Both the position numbers and the translations under genes were made by a program. The notes under the pieces are model-generated. The model was not told where the DNA came from, searched no databases, and worked only from the letters and a program-made list of their open reading frames with translations. A stretch of DNA of 64,000 nucleotides, taken from NCBI GenBank assembly GCA_950097015.1, contig CATNEN010000041.1, forward strand, positions 1,302,001 to 1,366,000, written 5' to 3'. How positions within the stretch are numbered: the stretch's first letter is position 1; each line of letters starts with the position of its first letter. Shown here in pieces: positions 26,396 through 38,144 of this stretch. Origin of the DNA: Macrostomum hystrix (Eukaryota > Animalia > Platyhelminthes).

Positions 26396-26956
26396 GATAG
26401 TCAAGGCTTAATATACGAAAAACTTAATTTAAAAACTTTTTGGCACTGCTAGCTAGTTAAATAGACAACAAGGCACAAGTTAGAATGATCGGAACTAGCT
26501 ACTACAAGTAAAAAAATAAAAAGGTTCAAAGAAACTAACAAAAATACTACTTAAGACTAGTTTATAAGTAGTGACACGCGTGCGCTGTTGGCTGAATGTG
26601 AAAAGTGAAAAGAAAAGCTTCACACTAAAGCTTGTTGGTTTCTGTTGGTTTCTAAAGCTTGAGCTAAATTTTACTGCGATTGTAGAGTGAGTCATTTAAC
26701 AGCTTTCTAGTTGGGCTGAGTGACGAGTTTCATTGGACGCCGAACAGACAGGCATCTCCCGGGGAGTCAGTAAGATCAACAGCAAACAGATAATATGGAT
26801 GAGTCTCTATGGGTCACCTAAGCAAGTCCTGGGGGTCAGCTGGGTCAGTCCCGGTGGGTCAGATTTGTCAGATCCCGGTGGGTCAGCTGGGTCAGGTCCT
26901 ATAGGTCAGCTGAGTCAAGCCGTGGGTCAGCTGGGTCAAGCCGTGGGTCAGCTGCG

Positions 26957-29483
26957 TCAGGCCCAGTCGCTGCGGCAGTACAGCAGCAGGTAGTGACTCC
27001 GCCTTCCGTCTTCGAAGTGCGAATTGAAGAATTTCTTCCTCAGGCCGAAGCCGCGCGACTCGAGGAGGCCACGCAGGCGAGGCAGCAGGGAGTCGAACAG
27101 CAGGATGTGCGACGGCAGCCGCTCATTGTCCAGCAGGCGGCGGGTGAAGCCGGCGGGGTCTCCGTAGAATTCCTGCTGCTCCTCCACGTAGTCCGGCCGG
27201 TCGCGCCAGTTTGGGGAACAGTCGAGGGTTCGAGCGCTCACGTTGCTATGGAGATGGGAGTAGAGCGGAGTGGAGTGGCAGGGCGCCAGGAACAGGAAGT
27301 GCAGGTCGGGGTCCAGGTGGGCGGGCACGCCGGTGCGGGCGAGACGCAGCTCGGCCTCCTTGCCCAGGTGATTCACAGCGTCCAGCGGGCCACGCTGGTG
27401 GATGAGGCAGAAGTACAGGGCGGCGGGAACCCCCAGACAGCAGAGCCAGGCCACTGAGGCCTTGCGCAGGCGGGGGCCCAGCTCGCTGAGGCAGAGGCCG
27501 CACTGGTGCATCATCAGAGGCAGCAGGGGGAACACGAAGCGGAACTCCTTGTGGGCTAGGAAGCTGCGGGCCGATGTGACGATATGAGTGATGGGCTTCG
27601 CGAATCGTAACTTTTACTTTTACCCATAGCCTACTAAATGTCACAGGCTTCAAATACGAGCTAAGCCTCTCTCATGTACAGGATTTTAATTATGCGCACT
27701 AGTCTCACCTGCACAGGATTCCAACCATGCATACAACTCTCACCAATACTCAATTCCAAAACTGTACACCGTTCTCACCTGAACAGGATTTTAACCATGT
27801 ACACAACTCTCACCTGTAAACGATCCCAACACTGTACACCGTTCTCACCTTAACAGGATTCCGATTATGTACACCATTATCACCTGTACAGGATTTCAAC
27901 CATGTACATCATTATCACCTGTACAGGATTTCAACCATGTACACCGTTATCCCCTGTACAGGATTTCAACCATGTACACCGTTATCCCCTGTACAGGATT
28001 TCAACCATGTACACCGTTATCCCCTGTACAGGATTCCAATCATGTAGACCAATCTCACCTATAAACGTAGAGTGTCCAAACTATGAGAAGCGTGAGAGCA
28101 GTCTCCACCCGTCGCTTCTGTCGCCAGCTGCGATAACTGGCGTACAGGCAAAGCGGCAGATGGGGGCCCAAAATGGCGGGCACGCCTGCAGTGAAAAAAA
28201 ATTGGTTCAGCTGGTAGTTCAGGTGATACTTAAAACTGAATGGGAAGCTTCAGGCGGAACAAAGAGCTCACCCTGAGTGATGTACCAATGCCAGGGGTGC
28301 ACTCCGTAGAATGAGCCGATGTCGCTGAGCAGATTGTAGTGCAGGAAGTTCAGCTGGGAGAGTGTCCAGCGGCCATAGTAATGCTTGTCGGCCAGGGCGC
28401 TGGCACTCAGCACTAGCAGGCCGGTGGCGGCGTACAGGGCCAGCACCTTCAGCAGACGCCGCCTGCTCCGGGCCGCGTGCCACAGGCAGAGCATCAGCCA
28501 GGGCACAGCGGAGGTTGGGCGGAGGGCGCAGGCTGAGCAAACCGCCAGGGCGAATTTCCACTGCGCCTTGCGACTGGGAATCTCCGGCCAGGGATAATAG
28601 TACAGCCCGACTGTGGTCAGCAGCCACTCCACGCAGTTGGAGAGTGTCCTGGGCGCTGTGTACAGCGTGAACCAGTTCAGCAGCTGGCAGATCAGCGCCC
28701 ACTGAGCAGCCCGTTGGCCAGCCACGCGGCGACTGAATTTGTACAGGTAGAAATCTGCCACCGCAGCTAGGCAGGCCTGGAGCAGGCGGGGCAGCTTCGA
28801 CACGGCCAGCCGGCTGTCCGCACCAATGAGCTGCAGCAGCTTGAACAGCAGGGCGAATGCGCCGGGGTACAGCGGACTACGGAGGCCCGCCTGCCACTCC
28901 CAGGTGAGGCGGCCGTAGCCGAAGGCTGATCTGCAGGTCAAGGTTCAGGTGATCAAGGCGAAGGTTCAGGTGAACAAGGCGAAGGTTCAGGTGATTAGGG
29001 TGAATAATCAGGTGAACAAAGCGAAGGTTCAGGTGAACAAGGCCAAGGTTCAGGTGAACAAGGCGAAGGTTCAGGTGATTAGGGTGAAGAATCAGGTGAA
29101 CAAGGCGAAGGTAGTTCGGGCAGATCCGCAGCTCACCTGTGGGCGACCTCAACGGACTGCCAGAATTCGTCAGGTACAAAGTGCGTGTGCAGCAGCAGGG
29201 CGTTGGCGCAGCGAAAAGCCACCAGCGACAGTAGAAGGCCGCGCTCCGTCAGCAGCGACCGGCGAAGCGGCTCCGGGCCGACCGTCTCTGACGGCTCGAT
29301 GTCGGCATCGCGGTCATCCCGGGTGGCCTCCGGGCCCCACCACAGCCGGCCCAGGAGGGTCGCCACGCCGTTAGGCTGCGGGCCGGACCGCCTTGAACGC
29401 TGGGCGCGGCTGGAGCGGCTGCGCACGAAGGCGCTGGCGTGGCTGGTGCGGCCGGGAGCGGCAGCGCTGCCAGGACTGCTCAT
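26957..29483 (-). CDS. PIGB: GPI mannosyltransferase 3 (PIG-B, GT22 family), 579 aa predicted
   Basis: Exons 29483-29137, 28930-28272, 28185-28059, 27563-26957 (1740 nt, in frame). Signatures: [80 protein letters not shown]. Confidence 0.95.
27690..28058. repeat. 35-bp minisatellite (CACCGTTATCCCCTGTACAGGATTTCAACCATGTA)n in PIGB intron 3
   Basis: About 10 units, most homogeneous next to the donor. Confidence 0.88.
28935..29112. repeat. 21-bp minisatellite (AAGGTTCAGGTGAACAAGGCG)n filling PIGB intron 1
   Basis: About 8 units. Confidence 0.88.
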
Positions 29484-30026
29484 GACCGGCTGGCCGGCGG
29501 CTGGAAATGCTGTAGTCAATTTAAACACTTGTTTGGTTACTAAGGTCGAGATTTGGAACAAAGAAAAAGAAACAAAAAAATAACAAGAAAACAAATAAAA
29601 TAAAATCGGAACGGACAAATGAGCAAGTCGGCAAAAACGCAAACAAATATCGTAATTGATTTGTACTCAAGTTTTGCTACTCAATTTGTTATATTGATTT
29701 GCAATTCATTTGATTGAAGAAAAGTTTTCTAACAAAAAATCCAGTAGCGCAAAGAAGTAGCTCAGCTTCACCGAGTTAAAAACTGAGGCAAAAGTGCAGG
29801 CCATAGAACAGCCATAGAACATGGATAGAACAGCATATAATCAACACTTTCATCAGGATCTCAAACCTGAATAAAAAATAGCACAAATTGCTGGCAAATT
29901 GATAGAATCGGTCCGATTCTACTCGTATTAACATTTTCAGACGATAACACGCAATTTGTTTCGGTTCGCAGTAAATCGTAAGCTTCTGCTGAGCAGTAAA
30001 TCACAGCTGAGCAGCACAGTATGTGC

Positions 30027-31386
30027 TCAATGCGTCTGGCAAACACATTCCCCCACTTTGATGGTCCGGAAGTCGCCCAGGTTGCTGTCTCCCTGCTGCC
30101 TGGCGTTCTCCATGGCCTTACTCAGGTCCTCAGGCGGCTGCAACAAGCCCTGAAATCCAGCGAGGGATTCCGTTTAGTGCCAGCTCGGCTCGATCTCCCG
30201 GGCCTACTCAAGTCGGTCTCACCTCTCTCGTGGTCATGCGGAAAGCGCCCCAGTGAATGCCGACAGACAGTTTGCTGCGGATCTCCCGGTGAATCACGAC
30301 AGCCTCCTCGGGGCAGACGTGCTGCACGCCAAACACGTTCCTGAAAAAAAACGGATCACGTCACGTGACTGTTGAGGCTGAACATTAGGAGAGCCTTTCA
30401 GCAACCGCTCACCGAGGCTCGTAGCAGCCAATGGGAATGGCCGACAGGTCAAACGGACCGAACCGCTGGCCTAATTTGAGGAAACAAATATATAGATAAC
30501 GTAGCAAAATTCAGCGAAATTCAAGGGTTGCGAAACCTGAAAACCCTGGGCAGAACTGGCTCACCAATGAGCTGGAAAACCTGAAAAGCCTAGGCAGAAC
30601 TGGCTCACCAATGAGTTTGAAGATGCTGTTCTGGTAGCCCGTGTCTCCGGCAAAGAATACTTTGAGCTCGCCAAACTGCAGCACGAAGCTGCCCCACAGG
30701 CTGCAGTTCCTGTCTAAGGCGCCGCGACCGCTCCAGTGACTGGCGGGCGCGAATGTCACACTAAGACCGCTCACGCTGTTGCAGTCCGTGTTCCACCATT
30801 TCATTTCTGCCACCCTCTCGAAGCCAAAACTGCGCATCAGCTGAGCATCGCCGGCTGGGACGAAGCACTGAACGCCCCGATTGGCCAAAGCCAGCTCCTT
30901 CAGGGTTTTCTCGTCCATGTGGTCCATGTGGTTGTGGCTGATGCACAGCGCATGAATCTGCGGCAGGTCCCTCACCTGGCAGGCGGATGGGATGTGCCGA
31001 CTGGACCCGGTCCATTTCGTTGGCCCAATGAAGTCGCTGAAGTTTGGATCACAAAGAACTCGAATTGGGCTGCCAGCGGAGCTGCTCTGCGCACTGTAGA
31101 ATGTGAACAGGCAGGAGGCGTGGCCCAGCCAGGTCAGGCAGGCGGAGTTTGGCTGGAAGGTGGGGAACTGGCAGCCTCGGTGCTGATAATCTGACAAATC
31201 ACTGGGCGCTGGCTGCCTCTTCATAGGATTTCCCGCAACGAACATTGAGTAGCCAAGGACGCTGGGCAGCTTGAAATCCCATGGACAGCTGTACACCACA
31301 CCTTGGCCAGATATCCACGAGTTGTATGGCTGCTCCTTGGCAGCTGGTAGATCTTCACCTGTTGACGATGATGATGCTGTCCTCAT
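30027..31386 (-). CDS. NAPEPLD: N-acyl-phosphatidylethanolamine phospholipase D-like metallo-beta-lactamase, 358 aa predicted
   Basis: Exons 31386-30609, 30470-30413, 30340-30223, 30149-30027 (1077 nt). Motifs [72 protein letters not shown]. An additional upstream exon cannot be excluded. Confidence 0.9.
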
Positions 31387-32482
31387 GATTATGCACTGAA
31401 ATCACAGAAGCTTGCCTGAAGGTGCTTCCAGCGTCAAATAAAGCTGTCACTTGAAATGAGGACTTATTAGAATAGGACTGGGTTTGCTCAATACTATTTC
31501 TACATAGCAAATATATAAAAATAAAAAGCAGCTAAAATAGTCACTGCTTCATTTACTTGGAAAGCAGTGAAAAATATTTGATTGAAAGGACAAAAATTAT
31601 ATTGAACAGATATATAGTTTAAAAAGTTGATAGAAACAGTGAACAGTAGAAAAAATGTGAGTAAAATTATGAACTAAAGACTATAAAATACATAACTATA
31701 AAATATTTAGCTAATGAAACACATCACCAATTTTTTAAAATCAAATATGTAGTGAATTTTTTTTATAAATTATTATAATAAACATTACTAATGAATGCCT
31801 ACATTCAACTATTTGTAGTATAGAGCAAACCTTATCCTACTTATTAATAATAATAATAGGATTCAGAACAATATAGAATATGTAATTAATACTTACCTTT
31901 TCAAAACTAAAGTCAGGAATATGCCATGGAAAATAAAAAGTGAGGTCTAGGCCAATCATTACTTATAATATTTAGAAATATAGAAACATTGAAAAGAAAT
32001 AGTTGCCAACCCCCTAAACAATGCATACCATTTTACTATTCAATTAATGTAAATATTTGTCTAGTGTCACAACACAAATAGTCACATTAGACAACACATC
32101 ATAAAATTTTAACTGCAAGACTAATCACATAGTATGTGTTCGGGATTTGTAAAAATATGAGATACAATTTTAGTTTTCCAGATTTATTTAAAATGTAAAA
32201 TATTTTTGTTCACTTGAGTCAATTGCAATCCATTATGTGTAGGCCTATATCTCCCATAAATGAAAGATAGTAAAGTAAGCGACATTTGAATCAATCAAAT
32301 CAAGCTGAACACATAACAGAAACAGATACAAATATTAGAAACACATTACATATTTTATACTATACTATACAATATAGATAAAAATAAATTACTGATTTGT
32401 TCACCCATTGCACTGATGTAGCAAAGATTATTAAGACTAGAAAACTAGCAAATGAATGTGTATAATTTGATCCGGGAATGAG

Positions 32483-32909
32483 CAGGGTTTTTCTGCCAAA
32501 AAATCTGGATGCAAGCTTGCATCTCAAGCTAAAAAATGGATGCAAATATGAAAGTCAGGATGCAACTTGCATCTAGGCCTAAATTTGCGAATTTTGTTTG
32601 GATGAATAATTAATTATCTTATTTGTTCATTATTTACATAGTTAAAGTAAGTGGCATAACGCATAAGTATGGTTCGATTCATTAAACTATTTGGAATTCA
32701 AATTTGTGCTAAAACCAAAGAAAAATGTATTTTTAAAAACAATTTATTTATACATGATGTTTTGTTCCTAACTTTTGCTAAAAATGACTAAAAAATCTTG
32801 TCATCTTGATCTAAAAAATGCAGATTCACGAGTTGCATCTAGTGTTAAAAAGTGGGTGCAAATCCAAATTTCAGGGTGTAAGTTACACCCTATTTGCATA
32901 AAAACCCCG
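32483..32909. mobile_element. MITE (427 bp) with short TIRs and a 9-bp target-site duplication
   Basis: Left end CAGGGTTTTT, right end AAAAACCCCG (9/10 inverted match). Flanks GGGAATGAG (32474-32482) and GGGTATGAG (32910-32918), 8/9 identical. Subterminal palindromes GATGCAAGCTTGCATC, GATGCAACTTGCATC, GGGTGTAAGTTACACCC. Confidence 0.7.
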
Positions 32910-33472
32910 GGGTATGAGTCGTACGAGAGTTAGGCCTATTATGATGAAGTCTCATGACTCATATTTCGAAGAAAAAAACTACTTTGAATCTGTTCCGTCG
33001 ACGGAACAGATAGCGATAATTAACGATTTACAGGCCAGAATAGTATAACTCAAACTTGAATAGAAAAACACAACTTTTATATATTTCTAATAATCTGCTT
33101 CGATTAACACCGAAATTTTCGCTAGAAAACGGTGCATAGAATATTATAAAATTGGCTGAAACTATTATGTTCAATATTTCTAAACTAAATGGATAGTGGT
33201 TACATGGGCTATCAGTGTTTATATCGCATAATACAATACAACATATTATATCATATGTCATATAACATTCGGCAAAAGATCCTCAGCAGTTTGTGAATTT
33301 AAATTAACTGAAGAAACATTTAGTTTTTTAATTTCTACAAAAATTAGCTTAAGGCTTTGACAAAATTTGACTCCAAGCGAATAAATTGTCCACTGCCCCC
33401 AGTTTGAAGATGTAAATATGGGAATAATTATTATTGAAAGTATTGTTTTATCATTACTCAAAACTTTCAGTT

Positions 33473-36400
33473 TTAGTTCTTGTGTTGTAGCATGGCGTCG
33501 GCAGCTTTTCTAGCGACTGCCACCACCAGCTCATGCGGCCCGCAGTCTGGCACTGATGGAAGAATGCTGGCATCGACCACCCGCAGTCCATTCGTGCCAT
33601 GAAAACTGAAATACGAAAAAACTTTGATTTTCGTACAATTGAAGGTTAGGGTCTCAGTAAAAGCAACTCAAAGCTAAGCATAAATAAGAAAATTGACTAA
33701 AATTGTGGGTCACACGTAATTTATTCGCTTAATTGGATTTGAAAGCAACTCAAACTAATTTTGAATGCGCACCGAAAATTTTTATCCACAAAACCGCCTT
33801 GAGACTTTGGCGTCATTGGCACGGAGGCTGCATAGTGATAGCTGCTGACTGCTGACTGCCTGATGGAGCAGTCCAGCTGGCTGTCACTCAGCAACTCTTC
33901 GTATCTGACACCACCGACTTTACCGCCACACGTCTTCATCATCGGAAGGTGCACCCGAAAGTTCCAGCCGGCGAGGCCGGGCGCAGTCCATAGCCACTCG
34001 GCCAGTCTCTTCGCCGACTCACGCAGCCGCGACGCGTCCAACGGGTGACTGAGGTAAGCCGGGTCGGGCCGGCCGTCAGCCGCGACTCCCCGGCTGCCTG
34101 TCCGGGCCAGGGTGAGGACTGCCAGAAAGCCTGACCGCCCGTCAGGCAGGCCCGCGAACTCGCGCCAAGCCGCAGGCAGATAGTTGGACGACCGGCGGAG
34201 CACAGCATTGTCTAGCTGGCTGCTGGCCACAATGTACACCAGGGCGTCCGGCGGCATCCGGCCGGTGAGGATGATGGTGCCAGATGTGGATAGAATGCCT
34301 TCATGCAGGTTTGGAGTTTCAGGAGCTCAGAGATTGGTGCAGGGGGAAATCTTCAATTGGCATGCCAGTCCCAGATCCCGAATCCCGACAAGTCGCGCCA
34401 AGAATGCCTCCTGCACAACCTCCATCACAAAGCCCTGCCTAAATGCCCCCTCACAAAGCCAAACCTACAAAGCCTCCCCACATGTACACAGCCTCCACCA
34501 AAATTCAAAGCCTCCCCCACAAAGCCTTCCCCACACAGCTTCCCGCACAAAGCCTTCCCCACAAAGCCTCCCCCACACAGCCTCCCCCATACAGCATCCC
34601 CCACAAAGCCTTCCCCATACAGCCTCCCCCATACAGCATCCCCCACAAAGCCTCCCCCACAAAGCCTCCCCCACACAGCCTCCCCCATACAGCATCCCCC
34701 ACAAAGCCTCCCCCATACAGCCTCCCCCATACAGCATCCCCCACAAAGCCTTCCCCACACAGCTTCCCGCACAAAGCCTTCCCCCAAGCCTCCTCCATAC
34801 AGCATCCCCCACAAAGCCTTCCCCATACAGCCTACCCCATACAGCATCCCCCACAAAGCCTTCCCCACAAAGCCTCCCCCACACAGCCTCCCCCATACAG
34901 CATCCCCCACAAAGCCTCCCCCATACAGCCTCCCCCATACAGCATCCCCCACAAAGCCTCCCCCACAAAGCCTCCCCCACACAGCCTCCCCCATACAGCA
35001 TCCCCCACAAAGCCTCCCCCATACAGCATCCCCCATACAGAGCCTCCAAAGCTCCCCCAAAGCCTCAGCAGCGCACCCTGCCCCCAGCGCCAGAAGTTCC
35101 ACAGCTCCCCCAGGCCAAAGAGGCTCCTCAGGCCGAAGCGGCCGGCCTCGAAGTGGTCTGAGGAGACGTAGAGCGAGTACAGCAGGTGGTCCTGCAGGCC
35201 GCGGCGCGGCACAGCGAGGCTGGACCTGGCGAGAATTCGCGGGGTCGTCAGCGCTCCAGCAGCCAGTGCCACCTCGCCATCGTACGGACTCAGCAGGATA
35301 TTGAAATCATTTCCGCCTGTCGAACCTCGCTCTATACTGGCTTGGACACCGATGGTTCGATTTTCTGGCGACATGAGCACCTGCATCACATGCAGAAGTA
35401 GCGCGGATAGCTTTAGTGGCGAGGCCACATTCATTTGGGGCGCAGCCGCGTAGAGAAGGATTGGGTTCTTGTCGTGCAAGATCCTAAGGGTCGTACGCCC
35501 CTTGACCTCCAGGGCACAGTGAGAGTGTACACTGCCCGACGATGAGAAAGTCGGGGCAATTGTACCAGTGCACGGTGTGCCAGTGCACGGTATCTTTGTG
35601 CGTGTTTGCTCAGAAGGCAGTGAAAGGGGCAGGGATGCCTCCTCGCTGGCTGCGGGTCCAGTGTCACCAAATGATGTGCCGTTGCCCGCAGCCCTCCTGC
35701 AATTTTTATTATTATGACATAGCTATCTATCCATCTTTAGATTTATAGGATAATATGGAACAACTAAGATATAAATTGAGACGTTAGAACCAGCTAATGC
35801 TGATGAGGCAGAGAATCTGGATGACCTTGACCACTCGAACGCCCGCCAGCAGCCGCAGATACGAGTTTCGGTGACCGAATTTCTCAGGCTCCAGATTCGA
35901 CATCAGCTGATCGCACGGCGTGAACCGCAGGCCCTGGCGAGTTCGCACTGAGTGAAATCAAATTTAACCAAGCTTTTTCTAAATCTATAACTCACATTTG
36001 AAGCTTGAGTATTAAACATTGAAAACCCAAGACTCAGACTCACACAGAGGCGGACTCAGACTGAAACGGAAATGCGCCTGCCGGGCAGACTCTGACAGCA
36101 GCTTAGACAGCTGGCCGTGTGGACTTGACTCGGACAGCCGCAACCTGTTAAACTGGCGAACCTCCTCTGCGGGATGGAGGGGAATCGACTGGGATGTAGG
36201 ATGGGGAATCGACTGGGATGTAGGATGGGGAATCGACTGGGATGTAGGATGGGGAATCGACTGGGATGTAGAATGTGGAATCGGATGGGATGTCGTATGG
36301 GTTATTGTCTCGGAAGTCGGAAGGTGGGGAATCGGATGGGAAATGAGACGGCATGCTCAGATGGCGCTGAGCTGTCACGTTGCAGACCGTGCATGAGTCG

Positions 36401-37259
36401 CCGCAGCAGGCTGGCATTCCAGAACTCGGCCCCGTGTCTGGCCTGCCAGCTGGCCAGGGAGTCGCAGTCGGCCGGCTCGGTCATGAGGAGGGCGTTCACA
36501 AGACTCGAACCACCGACGCCCCTGCCCGCGTGGAGCACGAAGGACTGGTGATCGGAGGTGGTCAAAAGAGCTATCTAGAAAAGCTGGCGCCAATCGCCAA
36601 TAAAATATTTTTTGTCCGCTACTTTTGCTTATCCCGCTTCGCCCGCTTGTCCCGCTTCGCCCGCTTGTCCCGCTTCGCCCGCTTGTCCCGCTTCGCCCGC
36701 TTGTCCCGCTTCGCCCGCTTGTTCCGCTTCGCCCGCTTGTCCCGCTGCAACCGCTTGTCCCGCTTCACCCACCCGCGCTCGCATGGCCAGACCGGCTCTT
36801 CGCTGCGCAGCGGAGCGGAAGTTCCAGACCAGGCGCTGCTCCGGCAGCAACGCCAGCGGCCCCAGCGCCGGCCAGCTTGTCAGGAAGCGCGCCGGCCAAC
36901 CGACATCGGCGCGATCGCCAGCTTCAACCAGGGCGACGGCGATGGGTCGCTTCGATTTGGCGAGTATTCGTCGAGCCAGAGCGCAGCCGGAACTTCCAGC
37001 GCCAACTTTGAATAGCGGAAAGGGACGGAGGACGGTAGCTAGACCTGGCCCAACAACTGTATTCAGAGCTTTAAAAAGAACTGCGAGTTCGGAAAGCTCA
37101 AGAGTCCGCACCTATGATTACGTCGTATCGAGCCGAACCGCCTATCAGCTGATGGTACTCTGACTGCTGCTGCTGTTGCTGCTGTTGCCACACAAATTTC
37201 CCAAATAGAAGACTAGCTACCAGTCCGAGAACTGCCAGGCACAATGAGCTAAGCTGCAT
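33473..37259 (-). CDS. GMC (glucose-methanol-choline) oxidoreductase family flavoprotein with N-terminal signal/anchor
   Basis: Exons 37259-37112 (MQLSSLCLAVLGLVASLLFGKFVWQ8...RYDVII), 37005-36773 (VGAGSSGCALARR...VALVEAG), 36574 to ~36370 (AGRGVGGSSLVNALL), ~36144-36044, 35947-35826, 35380-35077 (EVALAAGALTTPRIL, LQDHL), 34298-33773 (SSYH), 33605-33473 (GLRVVDASILP...ARKAAD). The exon 3/4 junction is not resolved with confidence. Confidence 0.85.
34430..35060. repeat. C-rich minisatellite built from ~14-15-bp subunits (AGCCTCCCCCATAC / AGCATCCCCCACAA) in a GMC intron
   Basis: Direct repetition; source of spurious ORFs at 34184-35304. Confidence 0.92.
35417..35715 (+). mobile_element. 5'-truncated second copy of the SINE at 25113 (GMC intron)
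   Basis: Shared blocks ggcgaggccacatt, gcagccgcg-agagaagg, cttgtcgtgcaa, gtacactg, gaaagtc, gcctcctcgctgg-tgcgggtc-agtgtcaccaaatgatgtgcc, gcagccctcctgcaatt, then ATT tail. Confidence 0.75.
36175..36300. repeat. 24-bp minisatellite (GGGAATCGACTGGGATGTAGGATG)n, GMC intron
   Basis: About 5 units. Confidence 0.85.
36630..36772. repeat. 18-bp minisatellite (CCCGCTTCGCCCGCTTGT)n, GMC intron 2
   Basis: About 8 units starting at the donor. Confidence 0.88.
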
Positions 37260-38144
37260 GACTGCTTGGCCTCACAAAATCCTTGTCAATTTTTCCCTCT
37301 ACCGACTACCTTTATCTAGCCCTGCACTCGCAAAATACCTGTTCGCGAGCGCCGAGGCGGGCGTCGTCAGTTCTCGGTCTCTCCCGCCGGATCGGATTGC
37401 AACAAAAAAATGGGAGGCAGCAGGGGATGTCAGAGTACTTCGTGCGCGCTCACGGCGCATCTGCGTCCCTCACAGTCCCTACTCACTCTGTCCCAACTCC
37501 CAGAAAATGCAACCTGTTGCAAATGCCCCTTTCTCCCTCTCCCGTCTCCTCTGAATTCTGCCGCCTTCCTCATCCTGACGCTCCCGCCCCAATTCCTCGG
37601 GATAAACATGTCCGAGTCTCGCACCCAAGCTCGCACTCTTGTCCTCACCGCGGATGGCCTCTCTCTGACGCAGCTTTGTGAGCTAGGGACTGTGCATCGA
37701 ACTCAAAGATTGGCTGCATGCTGAGTAGGCTTTTGCGCCGCATTAATTTTCTTTCTCGGAGTCTCAGTTGGCCAAGTGTAATTTCTACCCTATACTCGTA
37801 CTCGTGTCTATGAAATGAACAAGTCGACTTAAATCCATTCTTAATACGAGCGTAATAGCGGCTGAAAGCAAATTATTCATTGTTCTCATAGTCAGTCTCG
37901 CCAGTCTGGCTCCACCGTTCAATACGCAGGAGGAAAAAGAAAAAAATTAGCTTAGTCGATCAGTTTGTTTATTAATTAGTTTAATTTGTCATATTAAGGA
38001 AGAAAACTTGGCCACCACCTTAACAGAGTTCGCGACAGTTTCTCTGGTTTCAGTCAAATAGAGCAGCGGAGGTCGACCTGCAATTTGGGATTGTGGTTGG
38101 CGAGCATGTTATTTATTATTTGAACAATCACTTCTAGCTTTTGC

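Noticed and set aside
29861-30046. ORF as a NAPE-PLD C-terminal extension
   Set aside because: Different frame; the spliced frame ends [10 protein letters not shown] at 30027.
295-31386. Functional cluster of lipid-modification genes (ZDHHC, PIGB, NAPE-PLD)
   Set aside because: Different pathways and compartments, separated by unrelated genes; no sequence evidence of co-regulation beyond the NAPE-PLD/PIGB spacing already noted.
34184-35304. Pro/His-rich and Gly-rich ORFs of 200-330 aa
   Set aside because: They lie within a GMC intron and are translations of a C-rich minisatellite.
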